A DNA stretch of 64,000 nucleotides from Candidatus Lustribacter sp. GTDB taxonomy: Bacteria > Vulcanimicrobiota > Vulcanimicrobiia > Vulcanimicrobiales > Vulcanimicrobiaceae. Below are positions 30,499 through 39,434 of this stretch, one piece after another; positions within the stretch are counted from its first letter, which is position 1; every line of letters starts with the position of its first letter. The notes beneath the pieces were generated by a model, which saw only the letters and a list, made by a program, of their open reading frames with translations, searched no databases and had not been told where the DNA came from. A program made the position numbers and the translations under genes. Where the stretch lies: positions 1,888,001-1,952,000 of the forward strand of contig OZ255842.1 in assembly GCA_965277805.1 (NCBI GenBank), read 5' to 3'.

Positions 30499-31440
30499 TC
30501 ACGCGAGATTGGCGACCAGATCTCCGCTCGTGAGGCGCTTGTCGAGCGCACCGTATTTGTACATGACCGAAAGCACGGAGTCCAAATACCGCGGCTCGAG
30601 CGACGTTGCGTAGATGCAGCGCGTCATCCTGGTCAGCGTCGCCGGGTCCATCTTCGAGTACTTGCCTAGGATCTGGCCCGCCTCGACCTCGTGCGTGTTC
30701 GCCCAGCGTGCGGTGTCGTAAATTGTTGCGACGAACCGCTTCACCAGCGGCAAGTTCGCCTTGAGAAAGTCGGTCGTAACGAACCAGTTCGCGATCAGGA
30801 ATTGCGGCGCGATCGTGGCGTAGGCGTCGCCGACCACGCGCATCGTCTTACCGACGCCGTCGGAGAGGTAAGGTTCACCGACCAGCGCGGCATCGAACGT
30901 GCCGCGTGAGAGCGCCGCGGTCATCAGGCCCATCGGGGTTTCGACAAACTTCACCGTGCGCGAGTCGACGCCGTTGTGATCGAGCCAGACGCGCACGCCC
31001 ACCTCGGTCAGATCCTTGAGCGCGGTGACGGCGATCGTCTTGCCGATGAGGTCGTGCGGCGATTTCACCGGCGAATCGATCCCGGTCACGACGGCCGTGG
31101 TCGGCCGCTTGGCGGTGAAGAGCCCGCCGCCGGCAATGATCTTGAACGGTGCGCCGTGCGTGATCGAGAGCGCGAGGTTCGCGGTATTGGAGATGCCCAC
31201 GTCGAGCGCGCCGGCGGCCACCATCGTTGCTGAGTTGGCACCGGACCCGACCATCGAGAGCGCAACGTTGAGTTGGGCTTGAGTGAAGAACCCTTGGTCG
31301 GCGGCGAAGTAGCCTTCCGCGTACGCGTCGGCTGTCGCGACGCTCACGCGCAGCGGCGCGGCTTGCGCGCGCACGACCGCGGGCATTGCGATGCTGGCTG
31401 CGGCGCCGGCGGTGAGGCCTAGAACCTCATGCCGCTTCAC
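30499..31440 (-). CDS. SsuA/THI5-family substrate-binding protein
   Basis: Leader ending MPAVVRAQ; DLIGKTIAV, WLD.NGVD...VKFVE.P. Confidence 0.85.
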   Translation of the reverse strand: MKRHEVLGLTAGAAASIAMPAVVRAQAAPLRVSVATADAYAEGYFAADQGFFTQAQLNVALSMVGSGANSATMVAAGALDVGISNTANLALSITHGAPFKIIAGGGLFTAKRPTTAVVTGIDSPVKSPHDLIGKTIAVTALKDLTEVGVRVWLDHNGVDSRTVKFVETPMGLMTAALSRGTFDAALVGEPYLSDGVGKTMRVVGDAYATIAPQFLIANWFVTTDFLKANLPLVKRFVATIYDTARWANTHEVEAGQILGKYSKMDPATLTRMTRCIYATSLEPRYLDSVLSVMYKYGALDKRLTSGDLVANLA

Positions 31441-31446
31441 GCGGGC

Positions 31447-32223
31447 TTACGCAACGCTGACGCTCCGGCGGCGAATGAAGTCGATGATGAGGTCGGCCGC
31501 TTCAGCGGCTGCTCCGCCGGCGCCGGCTTTGATGAAGCCATGCGATTCGCCCGGGAAGAGCCGCAGCTCGATCTCACCCCCGGCGCCCTCGTACGCCGCA
31601 GCGAAGTTCGGCGCCATGTCCGGCGGGACGTTTTCGTCGGCGAGGCCTTGCACGACGAGCACCGGCGGCAGCGCACGCGCTTGGCCGGATACGACGATGT
31701 GCTGCGGGCTGGCGGCGATCATCGTCGCTTCGTCGCCGAAATATGCTTCGTGCGCGGCGATCAAGTTGGCCGCGCCGCGGTCCTTCGCCATGCGATAGCG
31801 CGCGAGCGGATCGCTGATCGGCCAGCAGCCAATCGCAAACGCAAGCTCTTCTCCCGGCCGCGCGTCGATCGCGCACAGCAGCGCGGTCTGTCCACCGCTC
31901 GAAACGCCGAAGATGCCCACGAGCGAGGGCAACGTGCGCACTTGCTCGGCGTGTTCCTTGAGCCAGCGAACGGCGCTGCGTACGTCGTCGGCGGCACCCG
32001 GGTAGACGGCCACCGGCGGCATTCGGAACTCGACCGCGAGAACGACCACGCCCGCGTCGCACAGCGTGCGGCAGAGGTCGGCGGTGGCGGCGGGGCTGCT
32101 CGTGGTCCACGCGCCGCCGTGCACCATCACCGCGGCGGGGAACGGTCCGTCGCCGGACGGCTGATAGAGCGTCGCGTTCAGGGCTAAGTCGCCGTGACGG
32201 GCGTAGACGAGTTCCGACTCCAT
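31447..32223 (-). CDS. Alpha/beta hydrolase (HSL/esterase family)
   Basis: HGGAW oxyanion motif, GVSSGG nucleophile, D..VP, HGF. Confidence 0.88.
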   Translation of the reverse strand: MESELVYARHGDLALNATLYQPSGDGPFPAAVMVHGGAWTTSSPAATADLCRTLCDAGVVVLAVEFRMPPVAVYPGAADDVRSAVRWLKEHAEQVRTLPSLVGIFGVSSGGQTALLCAIDARPGEELAFAIGCWPISDPLARYRMAKDRGAANLIAAHEAYFGDEATMIAASPQHIVVSGQARALPPVLVVQGLADENVPPDMAPNFAAAYEGAGGEIELRLFPGESHGFIKAGAGGAAAEAADLIIDFIRRRSVSVA

Positions 32224-32259
32224 CCCCAGAGGCTACCGTGCCGAGGGGCCGGCGTCAAA

Positions 32260-32880
32260 CTAAGCTGAGCGGAGTCCCCGGTTGCGGTAGCCCATCGTTT
32301 TCACGAACGCCTCGACGTACTCGGGCTCGAACTGCGTGCCGCTGCAGTTCATCAGTTCGGCCAGCGCCTGCGCCGGCGTGCGTACGCGTGAGTACGGACG
32401 AGACACGGTCATGGCGTGGAAAGCGGCGGCGACGGCGATGATCCGCGATTCGTAAGGGATCTCGCTGCCGAGCAGGCCGTCGGGATAGCCGCGGCCGTCG
32501 ACGCGCTCGTGATGCGAGCGGATGATCGCGCGGTACTTTTCCAGCTGCGGGAAGCCGGCGACAATCGTGGCGCCGAGATCCGGATGACGGCGCATCTGCT
32601 GCCATTCCGACTCATCGAGCGAGCCGGGCTTCTCGAGCACGTGGAGCGAGATTGTCGTCTTCCCGATGTCGTGCAAGCGGGCGGCCGTCACGATGCGGTT
32701 GATGCTGATCTCCTCGAGCTCGAGGGTCGTCGCGAGGCGGCGAGCGAGCAGGCCAACAGCATCGAGATGTGAAGCCGTGATCGGGTCGCGCACGCGCACC
32801 ATCTGTACAAGTCCGTCGACGATCGCTTGGTCACCGTCGGCCAGAGACGACTGTAGCCAAAGTTCCGTAGCTTTATCCAC
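32260..32880 (-). CDS. HD-GYP domain protein (stand-alone; metal-ligand Asp replaced by Ala)
   Basis: LHDIGK, HP, HHER.DGRGYP, IAVAAAFHAMT..RPY; start GTG 32880. Confidence 0.85.
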   Translation of the reverse strand: MDKATELWLQSSLADGDQAIVDGLVQMVRVRDPITASHLDAVGLLARRLATTLELEEISINRIVTAARLHDIGKTTISLHVLEKPGSLDESEWQQMRRHPDLGATIVAGFPQLEKYRAIIRSHHERVDGRGYPDGLLGSEIPYESRIIAVAAAFHAMTVSRPYSRVRTPAQALAELMNCSGTQFEPEYVEAFVKTMGYRNRGLRSA

Positions 32881-32891
32881 GTGTATGTGTT

Positions 32892-33803
32892 CTAGGCGGT
32901 TTGTGCGATACGGCCGCGGTAGCCGAGCATTGCAGTGAATGCGGTGACGAGTTCGGGGTCGAACTGCGTGCCGCTGCCGGCGACGATCTGCTCCATCGCT
33001 TCGTTGGTCGTACGCGTCGTGCGATAGGGGCGGGCAAGCGTCATCGTGTGGAAGGCATCGCACATGGCGACGATCCGGCTCTCGAGCGGGATCTCTTCGT
33101 GCGCGGTTCCGGCGGGATAGCCGCGGCCATCGAACCATTCGCGGGTGGCCCGAACCAGGGGGGCGATTTCGGCCAGCGCCGGCATCGCTTCGAGCGTCGC
33201 GGCGCCGATCGCCGGATAGCTCTGCACTTCTTCGCATTCGGCGGCGGTGAGCGGCATCGGCTTATTCATGATCGAGCGCGAGATGCGCATCTTGCCGAGG
33301 TCGTGCAGCCGAGCGGTGAGGGTGACGCGGGAGACCGTTGCGCTCTCGAGGCCCATGTTAACGGCCAAGCGAGTGGCAAGTTCAGCGGTGATTTCGCAGT
33401 GGTCGGCGAGTTCAGGATCGTGCAGCCGGAGGGCGGCGACGAGGCCATCGGCCTGCGCAGCGGTGGTTGCATCGACGGTGTTCTTCGCGGAAGCCATGGC
33501 ACCCGAGGTGCGCAGATAATCGAGCGCTTCCTGGCGGAGCTTGTTAGCGAAGCGGACGCGATCAGCGAACCCTTCGCCTGGTTGCGTCATCTCGTGGATG
33601 ACGGTGTCGAGCGTACCTAAGATTTCTTCACCGCTTGGCATTCCACGTTCGAAGTCGATCCAGGCGCGAACGCGACGAGGATTGTTCATCCGTTGAGCTT
33701 CGGCCACGATCTTCACGCATGAATCGATCGTGTGGGCAGCCCACGGGAGCGAACGGTACAACGACTGGGGTAGCGATTCGAGAACGTCGCGCGAGACGGT
33801 CAT
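32892..33803 (-). CDS. HD-GYP domain protein with N-terminal helical extension (degenerate)
   Basis: LHDLGK, YP in place of HP, TREW in place of HHE, DGRGYP, CDAFHTMT..RPY; SD GAGGA before ATG 33803. Confidence 0.85.
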   Translation of the reverse strand: MTVSRDVLESLPQSLYRSLPWAAHTIDSCVKIVAEAQRMNNPRRVRAWIDFERGMPSGEEILGTLDTVIHEMTQPGEGFADRVRFANKLRQEALDYLRTSGAMASAKNTVDATTAAQADGLVAALRLHDPELADHCEITAELATRLAVNMGLESATVSRVTLTARLHDLGKMRISRSIMNKPMPLTAAECEEVQSYPAIGAATLEAMPALAEIAPLVRATREWFDGRGYPAGTAHEEIPLESRIVAMCDAFHTMTLARPYRTTRTTNEAMEQIVAGSGTQFDPELVTAFTAMLGYRGRIAQTA

Positions 33804-33849
33804 CTCATCCTCTTCCATAGAAGCAGAAAAAGCGGTGTGAAGCATTGTC

Positions 33850-33933
33850 TTACAACGGGGGAAGAATTGTCGTCTGAATCGTGACGAACGCGACGAGCGC
33901 AAACGCCAGAGCTTGGGCGAGCAGAAGTTTCAC
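33850..33933 (-). CDS. 27-aa hydrophobic signal-peptide-like ORF, putative signalling pro-peptide (MKLLLAQALAFALVAFVTIQTTILPPL)
   Basis: GTG start with SD GAGG 7 nt upstream; TAA stop; basic N-terminus, hydrophobic core and Pro-rich tail; has its own predicted promoter. Confidence 0.7.
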   Translation of the reverse strand: MKLLLAQALAFALVAFVTIQTTILPPL

Positions 33934-33967
33934 AGGGGAACCTCACAAGAGTAGAGTGGTCCCCCAG

Positions 33968-34014
33968 ATCGTAAGCCTATCTAGACCGGAATCATCTCCC
34001 AAGATATGGGGAGA
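33968..34014 (-). promoter_or_regulatory. Predicted activator-dependent promoter: 20-bp palindrome TCTCCCAAGATATGGGGAGA (33995-34014) plus -10 TACGAT (33973-33968)
   Basis: Perfect 6-bp arms; centre about -43.5 relative to the implied +1, matching lux-box geometry. Confidence 0.55.
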
Positions 34015-34027
34015 AAGTGACAAGCCG

Positions 34028-36556
34028 CTATTCGAGCCAGCCCATGTCCTGAGCATAGGCAACGGCCGCAGCGCGCCCAGAGCAGCCAATCTTCGAACAC
34101 GCCGACTTCAAATGGCTGAGCACAGTGTGGCTTGAGCGCCCTAGGCGGTCAGCCACGTCCGCGGTGGTCCCCCCGCTTCGAAGCTCGCGCAAAACTTCGA
34201 GCTCGGTCCTAGTTAACTGCGTAATCGTAGCCGGCGCCAAGATCCGTCTTAAGAAGCGGGCGTGGCCATCGAGCTGAAGCGCGATTAGAGGCTCGGTCAA
34301 CTGACTTAACTGGCGGACTGTCGTCGTTTGCCTCGACGTCGAGCAAATTGTGACGATCACTGTAAGAAGGCTCGCGTCGCGAGGCGTAACAGCTGAAAAG
34401 TCCGGAGTCGGGGCACGACGAGCAGCACGACCGCGACCCAGTAGCCACTGGCCAAGAGAATTATAAACTTGCGCGTATGCCAAGAGCCGACGGCTCTCAA
34501 AATCACTATCTGCGGGCATCAGTATCGGCCGACCAACCAAGGCAGTGGCCTCGTCACGCCTCGACGTAGCTAAAATCAATCCCAAAAGAGCGTCCCTAAA
34601 GACTCGTTCGGACGGTGACAGCGCGCTATTATCTAACGCAGATAACATGCTCACGGCTAATGGCTCGTTGCCGCGACCGGCTGCCCTTATTGCCTTGACA
34701 TAGTGGAGCCACATTAGATTTCTTGCACTACGCTCAGCACCCAGCTCGACGAGACGCCTTTCACTAGCCTCGTAGAGATCGTCGTCCCCTTGATCAGCGG
34801 CAATTACAAGCTGACATTCCAAGCCATGTATCTGCATCGCTCGGTCGCCCGCGGCGATGGCTGATCGTGTGCAAGCTTCTGCATATCTTCTCGAGAGCAG
34901 AGTATCCGGATAAACGGCGGAGGCCACGCCTTGTAAAACGCTATAACCACGAGCAGCGATACTCTCGAGCCCAAGTGAGTGGGCAAGCTGAACGCTCTCC
35001 GTTGCGTATCCTTCCGCGACCATTGGTTCACCAAGGCACCAGTGAGCGTAAGCGAGGCGATGGCTAACGATAGCCCGCATCTCCACTGACCCTGCGTCCA
35101 GCGCGTTAGAGCAAAACCCAATTGCATCTCGCGAAACCGTCACTTCTCCAGCCAATGCACCGGCTACGGCCAAGGCAGCAGCAGCGTTTAATCGGACTGT
35201 TCCCTCAATGTGCTCATCAACCATCAGGGCACGCAACGAGGGTACGGCCTCCTTTGGACGCATAACGCTTACGGACAGATTAGCTGACTGGAGGGTAAGA
35301 GCACCGCGCATTTGGTGCCCAACGTCTCCTTCCAGCGCCCTTTCGAGCTCTCGTTTCGCAACCGCATACGCGCCATCGATCGAAAGCGCGAAGCCGCGCA
35401 AACCTGTTATGATCGGATGATCGCGATAGGCGCGCGGAAAGCGATTGATCGCAGCCAATATGTCCGAGCGTCTACCATTCTCAATGCGATCGATACCGTG
35501 CCGCGTCAGTAGCGCGATTGCTTGGTCCCATGCCTCGGCGCGGATATGCATCGCAATCGCCCCGTCTACATCACCAAACTTCTCGAGGGCACGCGCGAGT
35601 CGCGCAACTAATATCGAATGACGTTCGCTATCTGCTTGACTACGCTCTAAAATGAATTCACGGAACAGCTCATGTACCTTGAAATTACCATTGCCTATTC
35701 GCGACAATAGAGGTAAGCGTAGTTGCAGGCGTTCCAGCGCCAAGCGTGACTCCGGAAAACCGGCCGCACCAAGTATACGGGGCTTCAAATCACTTAGATG
35801 AGCGGCCGCCTCGCAAAGCCCTTGCTCATCGGCTGATAAATGAGACCAGACCTGCTCTTCTATAAATTCAAAAAGGACGCGTCTCGTTCGTATGCGCAAC
35901 GAGGGAAGCGCTTGTGTCCGTTCCCAAGTTCCCAACGATAACCGCACTGCCAAAGGCCAGCCGCCTACGTCGGTTACGAGATCCTGAATCGAACTACTAT
36001 CGATTTGAACGTTTAACGTTAACGCTACCGCGGCGCCTTCACTAACCTCAAATGCGAGGTCCTCTGCGGTAATTGGCAGCGCCATATAGTCTCGCGCCAA
36101 CCAAGTACCAACCGGCAATTCCGGCGTTTCACGCGAAACGATGACCCAACGGACAGTGGGAACGGTTGCTTCAATCACGTGCCGAACAAAGCGGAGACTG
36201 TTGGCGTCTGCCGAGATTCGCTGGAAGTCCTCGAATACGATCGGGGTTTCTACCGATCGCAACCTCTGCGAACACCACTCTGCTAAATGGACTAAATTCT
36301 CTTCCGTTTGAGGTCTAGCGAGGTGTGCACTCAGTGCACGCATTGAACGGGGAGAGACCTTTTCAATCAGAAGTCGCGCCACGGTTTCTGGGGTGACGCC
36401 ATCTTCGGGGAGATAAATCCAATGGGCTTCGGCACCGAATGCATCAGTGGCAGCCTCGCTCTTCCCGAAACCAGCAGGTGCGATGAGCATCGCAAGTCCG
36501 CGATTCGCCGAGTCTTGTAGGGCTTCGGTTATCCGTTCGCGCGGATAAATAGACAT
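34028..36556 (-). CDS. MalT-like STAND ATPase / helical-repeat / LuxR-HTH transcriptional regulator
   Basis: APAGFGKS Walker A, IVFEDFQ Walker B, GWPLA, HELFREF, C-terminal LT.TE.EVL..L..G.....VA..L..S..TV..H. Confidence 0.9.
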   Translation of the reverse strand: MSIYPRERITEALQDSANRGLAMLIAPAGFGKSEAATDAFGAEAHWIYLPEDGVTPETVARLLIEKVSPRSMRALSAHLARPQTEENLVHLAEWCSQRLRSVETPIVFEDFQRISADANSLRFVRHVIEATVPTVRWVIVSRETPELPVGTWLARDYMALPITAEDLAFEVSEGAAVALTLNVQIDSSSIQDLVTDVGGWPLAVRLSLGTWERTQALPSLRIRTRRVLFEFIEEQVWSHLSADEQGLCEAAAHLSDLKPRILGAAGFPESRLALERLQLRLPLLSRIGNGNFKVHELFREFILERSQADSERHSILVARLARALEKFGDVDGAIAMHIRAEAWDQAIALLTRHGIDRIENGRRSDILAAINRFPRAYRDHPIITGLRGFALSIDGAYAVAKRELERALEGDVGHQMRGALTLQSANLSVSVMRPKEAVPSLRALMVDEHIEGTVRLNAAAALAVAGALAGEVTVSRDAIGFCSNALDAGSVEMRAIVSHRLAYAHWCLGEPMVAEGYATESVQLAHSLGLESIAARGYSVLQGVASAVYPDTLLSRRYAEACTRSAIAAGDRAMQIHGLECQLVIAADQGDDDLYEASERRLVELGAERSARNLMWLHYVKAIRAAGRGNEPLAVSMLSALDNSALSPSERVFRDALLGLILATSRRDEATALVGRPILMPADSDFESRRLLAYAQVYNSLGQWLLGRGRAARRAPTPDFSAVTPRDASLLTVIVTICSTSRQTTTVRQLSQLTEPLIALQLDGHARFLRRILAPATITQLTRTELEVLRELRSGGTTADVADRLGRSSHTVLSHLKSACSKIGCSGRAAAVAYAQDMGWLE

Positions 36557-36803
36557 GCTAAGTCAGCCCTATGCGCTCAAATTGAAGGGAGGCAATGGAA
36601 CTCCACGGGGAAGATCGCGTCGGCCACCAACCCGAGCAATCCTTGAGTGTGTCGGGCAACACTAGGCTAGGGGCTTAGGCACTCGACCGCTCGCGACCCT
36701 TTACGATATCGTGACGAATCTAGTCCCAGCGAATTACAAGGTTCCAGCATCAACCGAGAGCCAAAGACCGGACTTGCAGCCAAGCCCCTGCATGGATTCA
36801 GGC

Positions 36804-39434
36804 ATGAAAAAGAGTCCCCAAAGGAAGGTCCGCCCTCTTAATCAGCGCGCTGCAATAAATCGCGAGTTGACGCGACAGAGCTCTGCGCCCGCGAGGCTGC
36901 GGATTATTGAAAGATTACTCTCCGCCACGAGCTATCCGATTACAGCAGTTATCGCGCCGGCGGGTTTCGGAAAAACGACGGCCATCAACGATCTGCTGGA
37001 GCAACAGCGCTCCGCATCCGTTATAATTTCGACCCCGAACGATACAAATATCGAGAAGTTTATGCAGTCGCTCGCACAATCATTTGCTCCTCACTTCCCG
37101 GAGTTGGCAACACCACCCAGCGAAGTTAATGCCGGCGCTCAAAGTGGTGGGAGCAATATCGACCTTTATGTTGCGTGGGCAAACAGGCATTTGCGCGATA
37201 TAAACTTCACGATTGCAGTCGATGATCTGCAGCGTGCGGATCATGACCCGTCAATAGCGGCCTTCCTAACGCGACTTGCTGATATCTCAAAAGACCACCT
37301 AAAGTGGATCTTCAGTTCACGGACGCACGGTCATTTACCGTTGACCCGATGGCAAGCCTATGGTTATGCGGATGCGGCTATCACCGCAGATGATCTCCGC
37401 ATGACTTCAGATGAAGCCAACCAGTTTGCAAGAGCCGTCGGCAGCCCGGCAACGTCAGAGCAAATCGACGAATGGGTCGCTATAACGCAGGGCTTTCCGG
37501 TTCCACTTACCTATGCGATCAGAGTTTCCGCAAGCCGTGGAACCGCCGACGGCATTATGGATGGAACGCGATCAATCACTTTTCGCTTCCTTGCCGAACA
37601 TGTCTGGGAATCACTATCTTCCGAAGAACGTCGCCTCCTTGAACTTGCATCATTTTTACCGCCCTTGCACACTCATCGCTATGAAGAAGCCGGCGTTGAC
37701 AACGCGACCGGGATAATTTCTCGCTTATGCAATGACATTGCATTCCTTTCATTGACCCCCGCCGGAATCTTTTCGATGCACGATTTATTCCGGGACTTCC
37801 TACGTCAACAGATATTAGCAGCCGGATTAACACGACAAAATGAACGATTGAACTGCGCAGCAAATCTATTGCTAAATTCAGGCCGCTTCGACGACGGCTT
37901 TTCTCTTTTGATTGAGTTTCTAAGTCCGGTCGAACTTGCTCATACCATTGAACGATTTCCCTCAGCAAATTGCAATATAGCTGTTACGCGCGACATTGTC
38001 GAATCTACCGGGGAGCTAAAAGTAGAAAGCCTCGGATTAACGCTACTAGTATTGCAGGCTGAGCACTGGTCGTGGATGGGAGACGCGAATAGGGCACAAC
38101 GATACGGTCAGGAAATCCTACGGCGGCCCGACGCATCATCTGGGCAGATGATGAGCGCAATCAGCTCGATTTTTAGAACGACGAATTATCAAGGACAGGA
38201 GGTTCACAAGTATTGGCTCTCAGTATTTCCTTTGATATTTGATCGGCTGGGTGACGCAGATCGGATTTGGGCTCGCGCATACCAAGTTATGTTACTTTCG
38301 CGGTATCCTGAGACCCAGGGAGTAGCCCGCTCATTCGCTAGCGAGGTACTTAGCCAAACCAGCAAGTTATCCGCAAGAGCGCACATTGATGTTCTTATCG
38401 TACTCGGCGTAGCTTTTTACTATCTTAACGATAATGTTGACGGCATGGACGTTTTACGTGAAGCCGCTGACTTGGCTGAATTATTCAGCGATGCGAGAGA
38501 ACGGGCTCGCGCACTTAACAACTACGGGGTGATGTTAGATCGGGTTCGCGATGCGAGGGTGGAGTCGATCTTCGCGCCATTGCGGGACCTCGTAGAGCGC
38601 ACGGGGTCTTGGCGCTTTTCGCACACAAGCCACTGGCTCCCGGCTCAATATTATGCAGTTCAGGGTGATTTAGGTGCGACGAATGAGGCTCTGACGCTCC
38701 AGTCCGCGGTGATCGCGAGCGAAGAGTCCGAAAAGGAGCGTTTGTCTTCAATTCGCCGACATTGCTTAGACCTATGCAATCTGATAAAGGAAGATTATCG
38801 CGCAGTCATTTCCGACTTTGCCTCTGCAACTCCCTATAAACTGCTAGAGTTAGAATACGACCGCCTCGCGTGCGCAGCATTAGCATACGGTTTTTTGTCC
38901 AACACGATTGACTGTGAAAAACTACTTGCAAAATTAAAGCAGCTTCGTCATTCAAGTCCGGTCTTTGCTCTGTACAGCGGTCGCGAGACTATCCTGATTG
39001 AAATTACTGCGTTGTGTATGGTTGGCCGCTGGACCCAGGCAAGACAGTTGAATGAACAATTTAGGGGGCAGATCGCGTCTATAGCACCGCTCGAATACGC
39101 GCTCGAGCTCTTATGTCTTGGGCCACCCTTCTTGAATGTTTCAGCTGCACTCGAGCCTTGTCTCGGGAAACCATATATGGGACTTCCCGCTTTAACCATC
39201 AAAAGGCTGATTGATCGTCAGCTGGCGGATCATTTAAAGCAACACCTGACGGCCGCTGAAATGGACGTGCTTCGCATGGTTACAGCGGGCAAATCAAACA
39301 AAGAGATCGCGAATGCACGCAAGCGTAGTGAGGAGACGGTTAAGCGACAAGTAGCCTCACTATATAGAAAACTAGGCGTCGAAAATCGTACGAGCGCGGT
39401 CGCCGTTGCGCGGGAACGAGGCATCCTAGACTAG
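36804..39434 (+). CDS. Second MalT-like STAND ATPase / TPR-like / LuxR-HTH regulator
   Basis: APAGFGKT, IAVDDLQ, HDLFRDF, TPR-like ARALNNYG, LT.AE.DVL..V..GKSNKEIA....S.ETVK..V..LY.KLGV.NR. Start uncertain (36711, 36804 or 36867). Confidence 0.9.
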   Translation: MKKSPQRKVRPLNQRAAINRELTRQSSAPARLRIIERLLSATSYPITAVIAPAGFGKTTAINDLLEQQRSASVIISTPNDTNIEKFMQSLAQSFAPHFPELATPPSEVNAGAQSGGSNIDLYVAWANRHLRDINFTIAVDDLQRADHDPSIAAFLTRLADISKDHLKWIFSSRTHGHLPLTRWQAYGYADAAITADDLRMTSDEANQFARAVGSPATSEQIDEWVAITQGFPVPLTYAIRVSASRGTADGIMDGTRSITFRFLAEHVWESLSSEERRLLELASFLPPLHTHRYEEAGVDNATGIISRLCNDIAFLSLTPAGIFSMHDLFRDFLRQQILAAGLTRQNERLNCAANLLLNSGRFDDGFSLLIEFLSPVELAHTIERFPSANCNIAVTRDIVESTGELKVESLGLTLLVLQAEHWSWMGDANRAQRYGQEILRRPDASSGQMMSAISSIFRTTNYQGQEVHKYWLSVFPLIFDRLGDADRIWARAYQVMLLSRYPETQGVARSFASEVLSQTSKLSARAHIDVLIVLGVAFYYLNDNVDGMDVLREAADLAELFSDARERARALNNYGVMLDRVRDARVESIFAPLRDLVERTGSWRFSHTSHWLPAQYYAVQGDLGATNEALTLQSAVIASEESEKERLSSIRRHCLDLCNLIKEDYRAVISDFASATPYKLLELEYDRLACAALAYGFLSNTIDCEKLLAKLKQLRHSSPVFALYSGRETILIEITALCMVGRWTQARQLNEQFRGQIASIAPLEYALELLCLGPPFLNVSAALEPCLGKPYMGLPALTIKRLIDRQLADHLKQHLTAAEMDVLRMVTAGKSNKEIANARKRSEETVKRQVASLYRKLGVENRTSAVAVARERGILD

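Noticed and set aside
33804-33902. N-terminal extension of the HD-GYP ORF to 33902
   Set aside because: It overlaps the peptide ORF, and a good SD precedes ATG 33803.
36595-36678. Small plus-strand ORF MELHGEDRVGHQPEQSLSVSGNTRLGA after GGGAGG, between the two luxR genes
   Set aside because: The SD is only 2 nt from the ATG and the product is hydrophilic with no signal-peptide character. It is not supported as a second pro-peptide, though not excluded.
36703-36712. Perfect 10-bp palindrome ACGATATCGT
   Set aside because: Short single copy that may simply be overlapping -10-like hexamers; no independent support.
36557-36810. Minus-strand short frames (MVADAIFPVEFHCLPSI, MPESMQGLG..., ...GVPLPPFNLSA)
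   Set aside because: No convincing combination of start, SD and hydrophobic leader.
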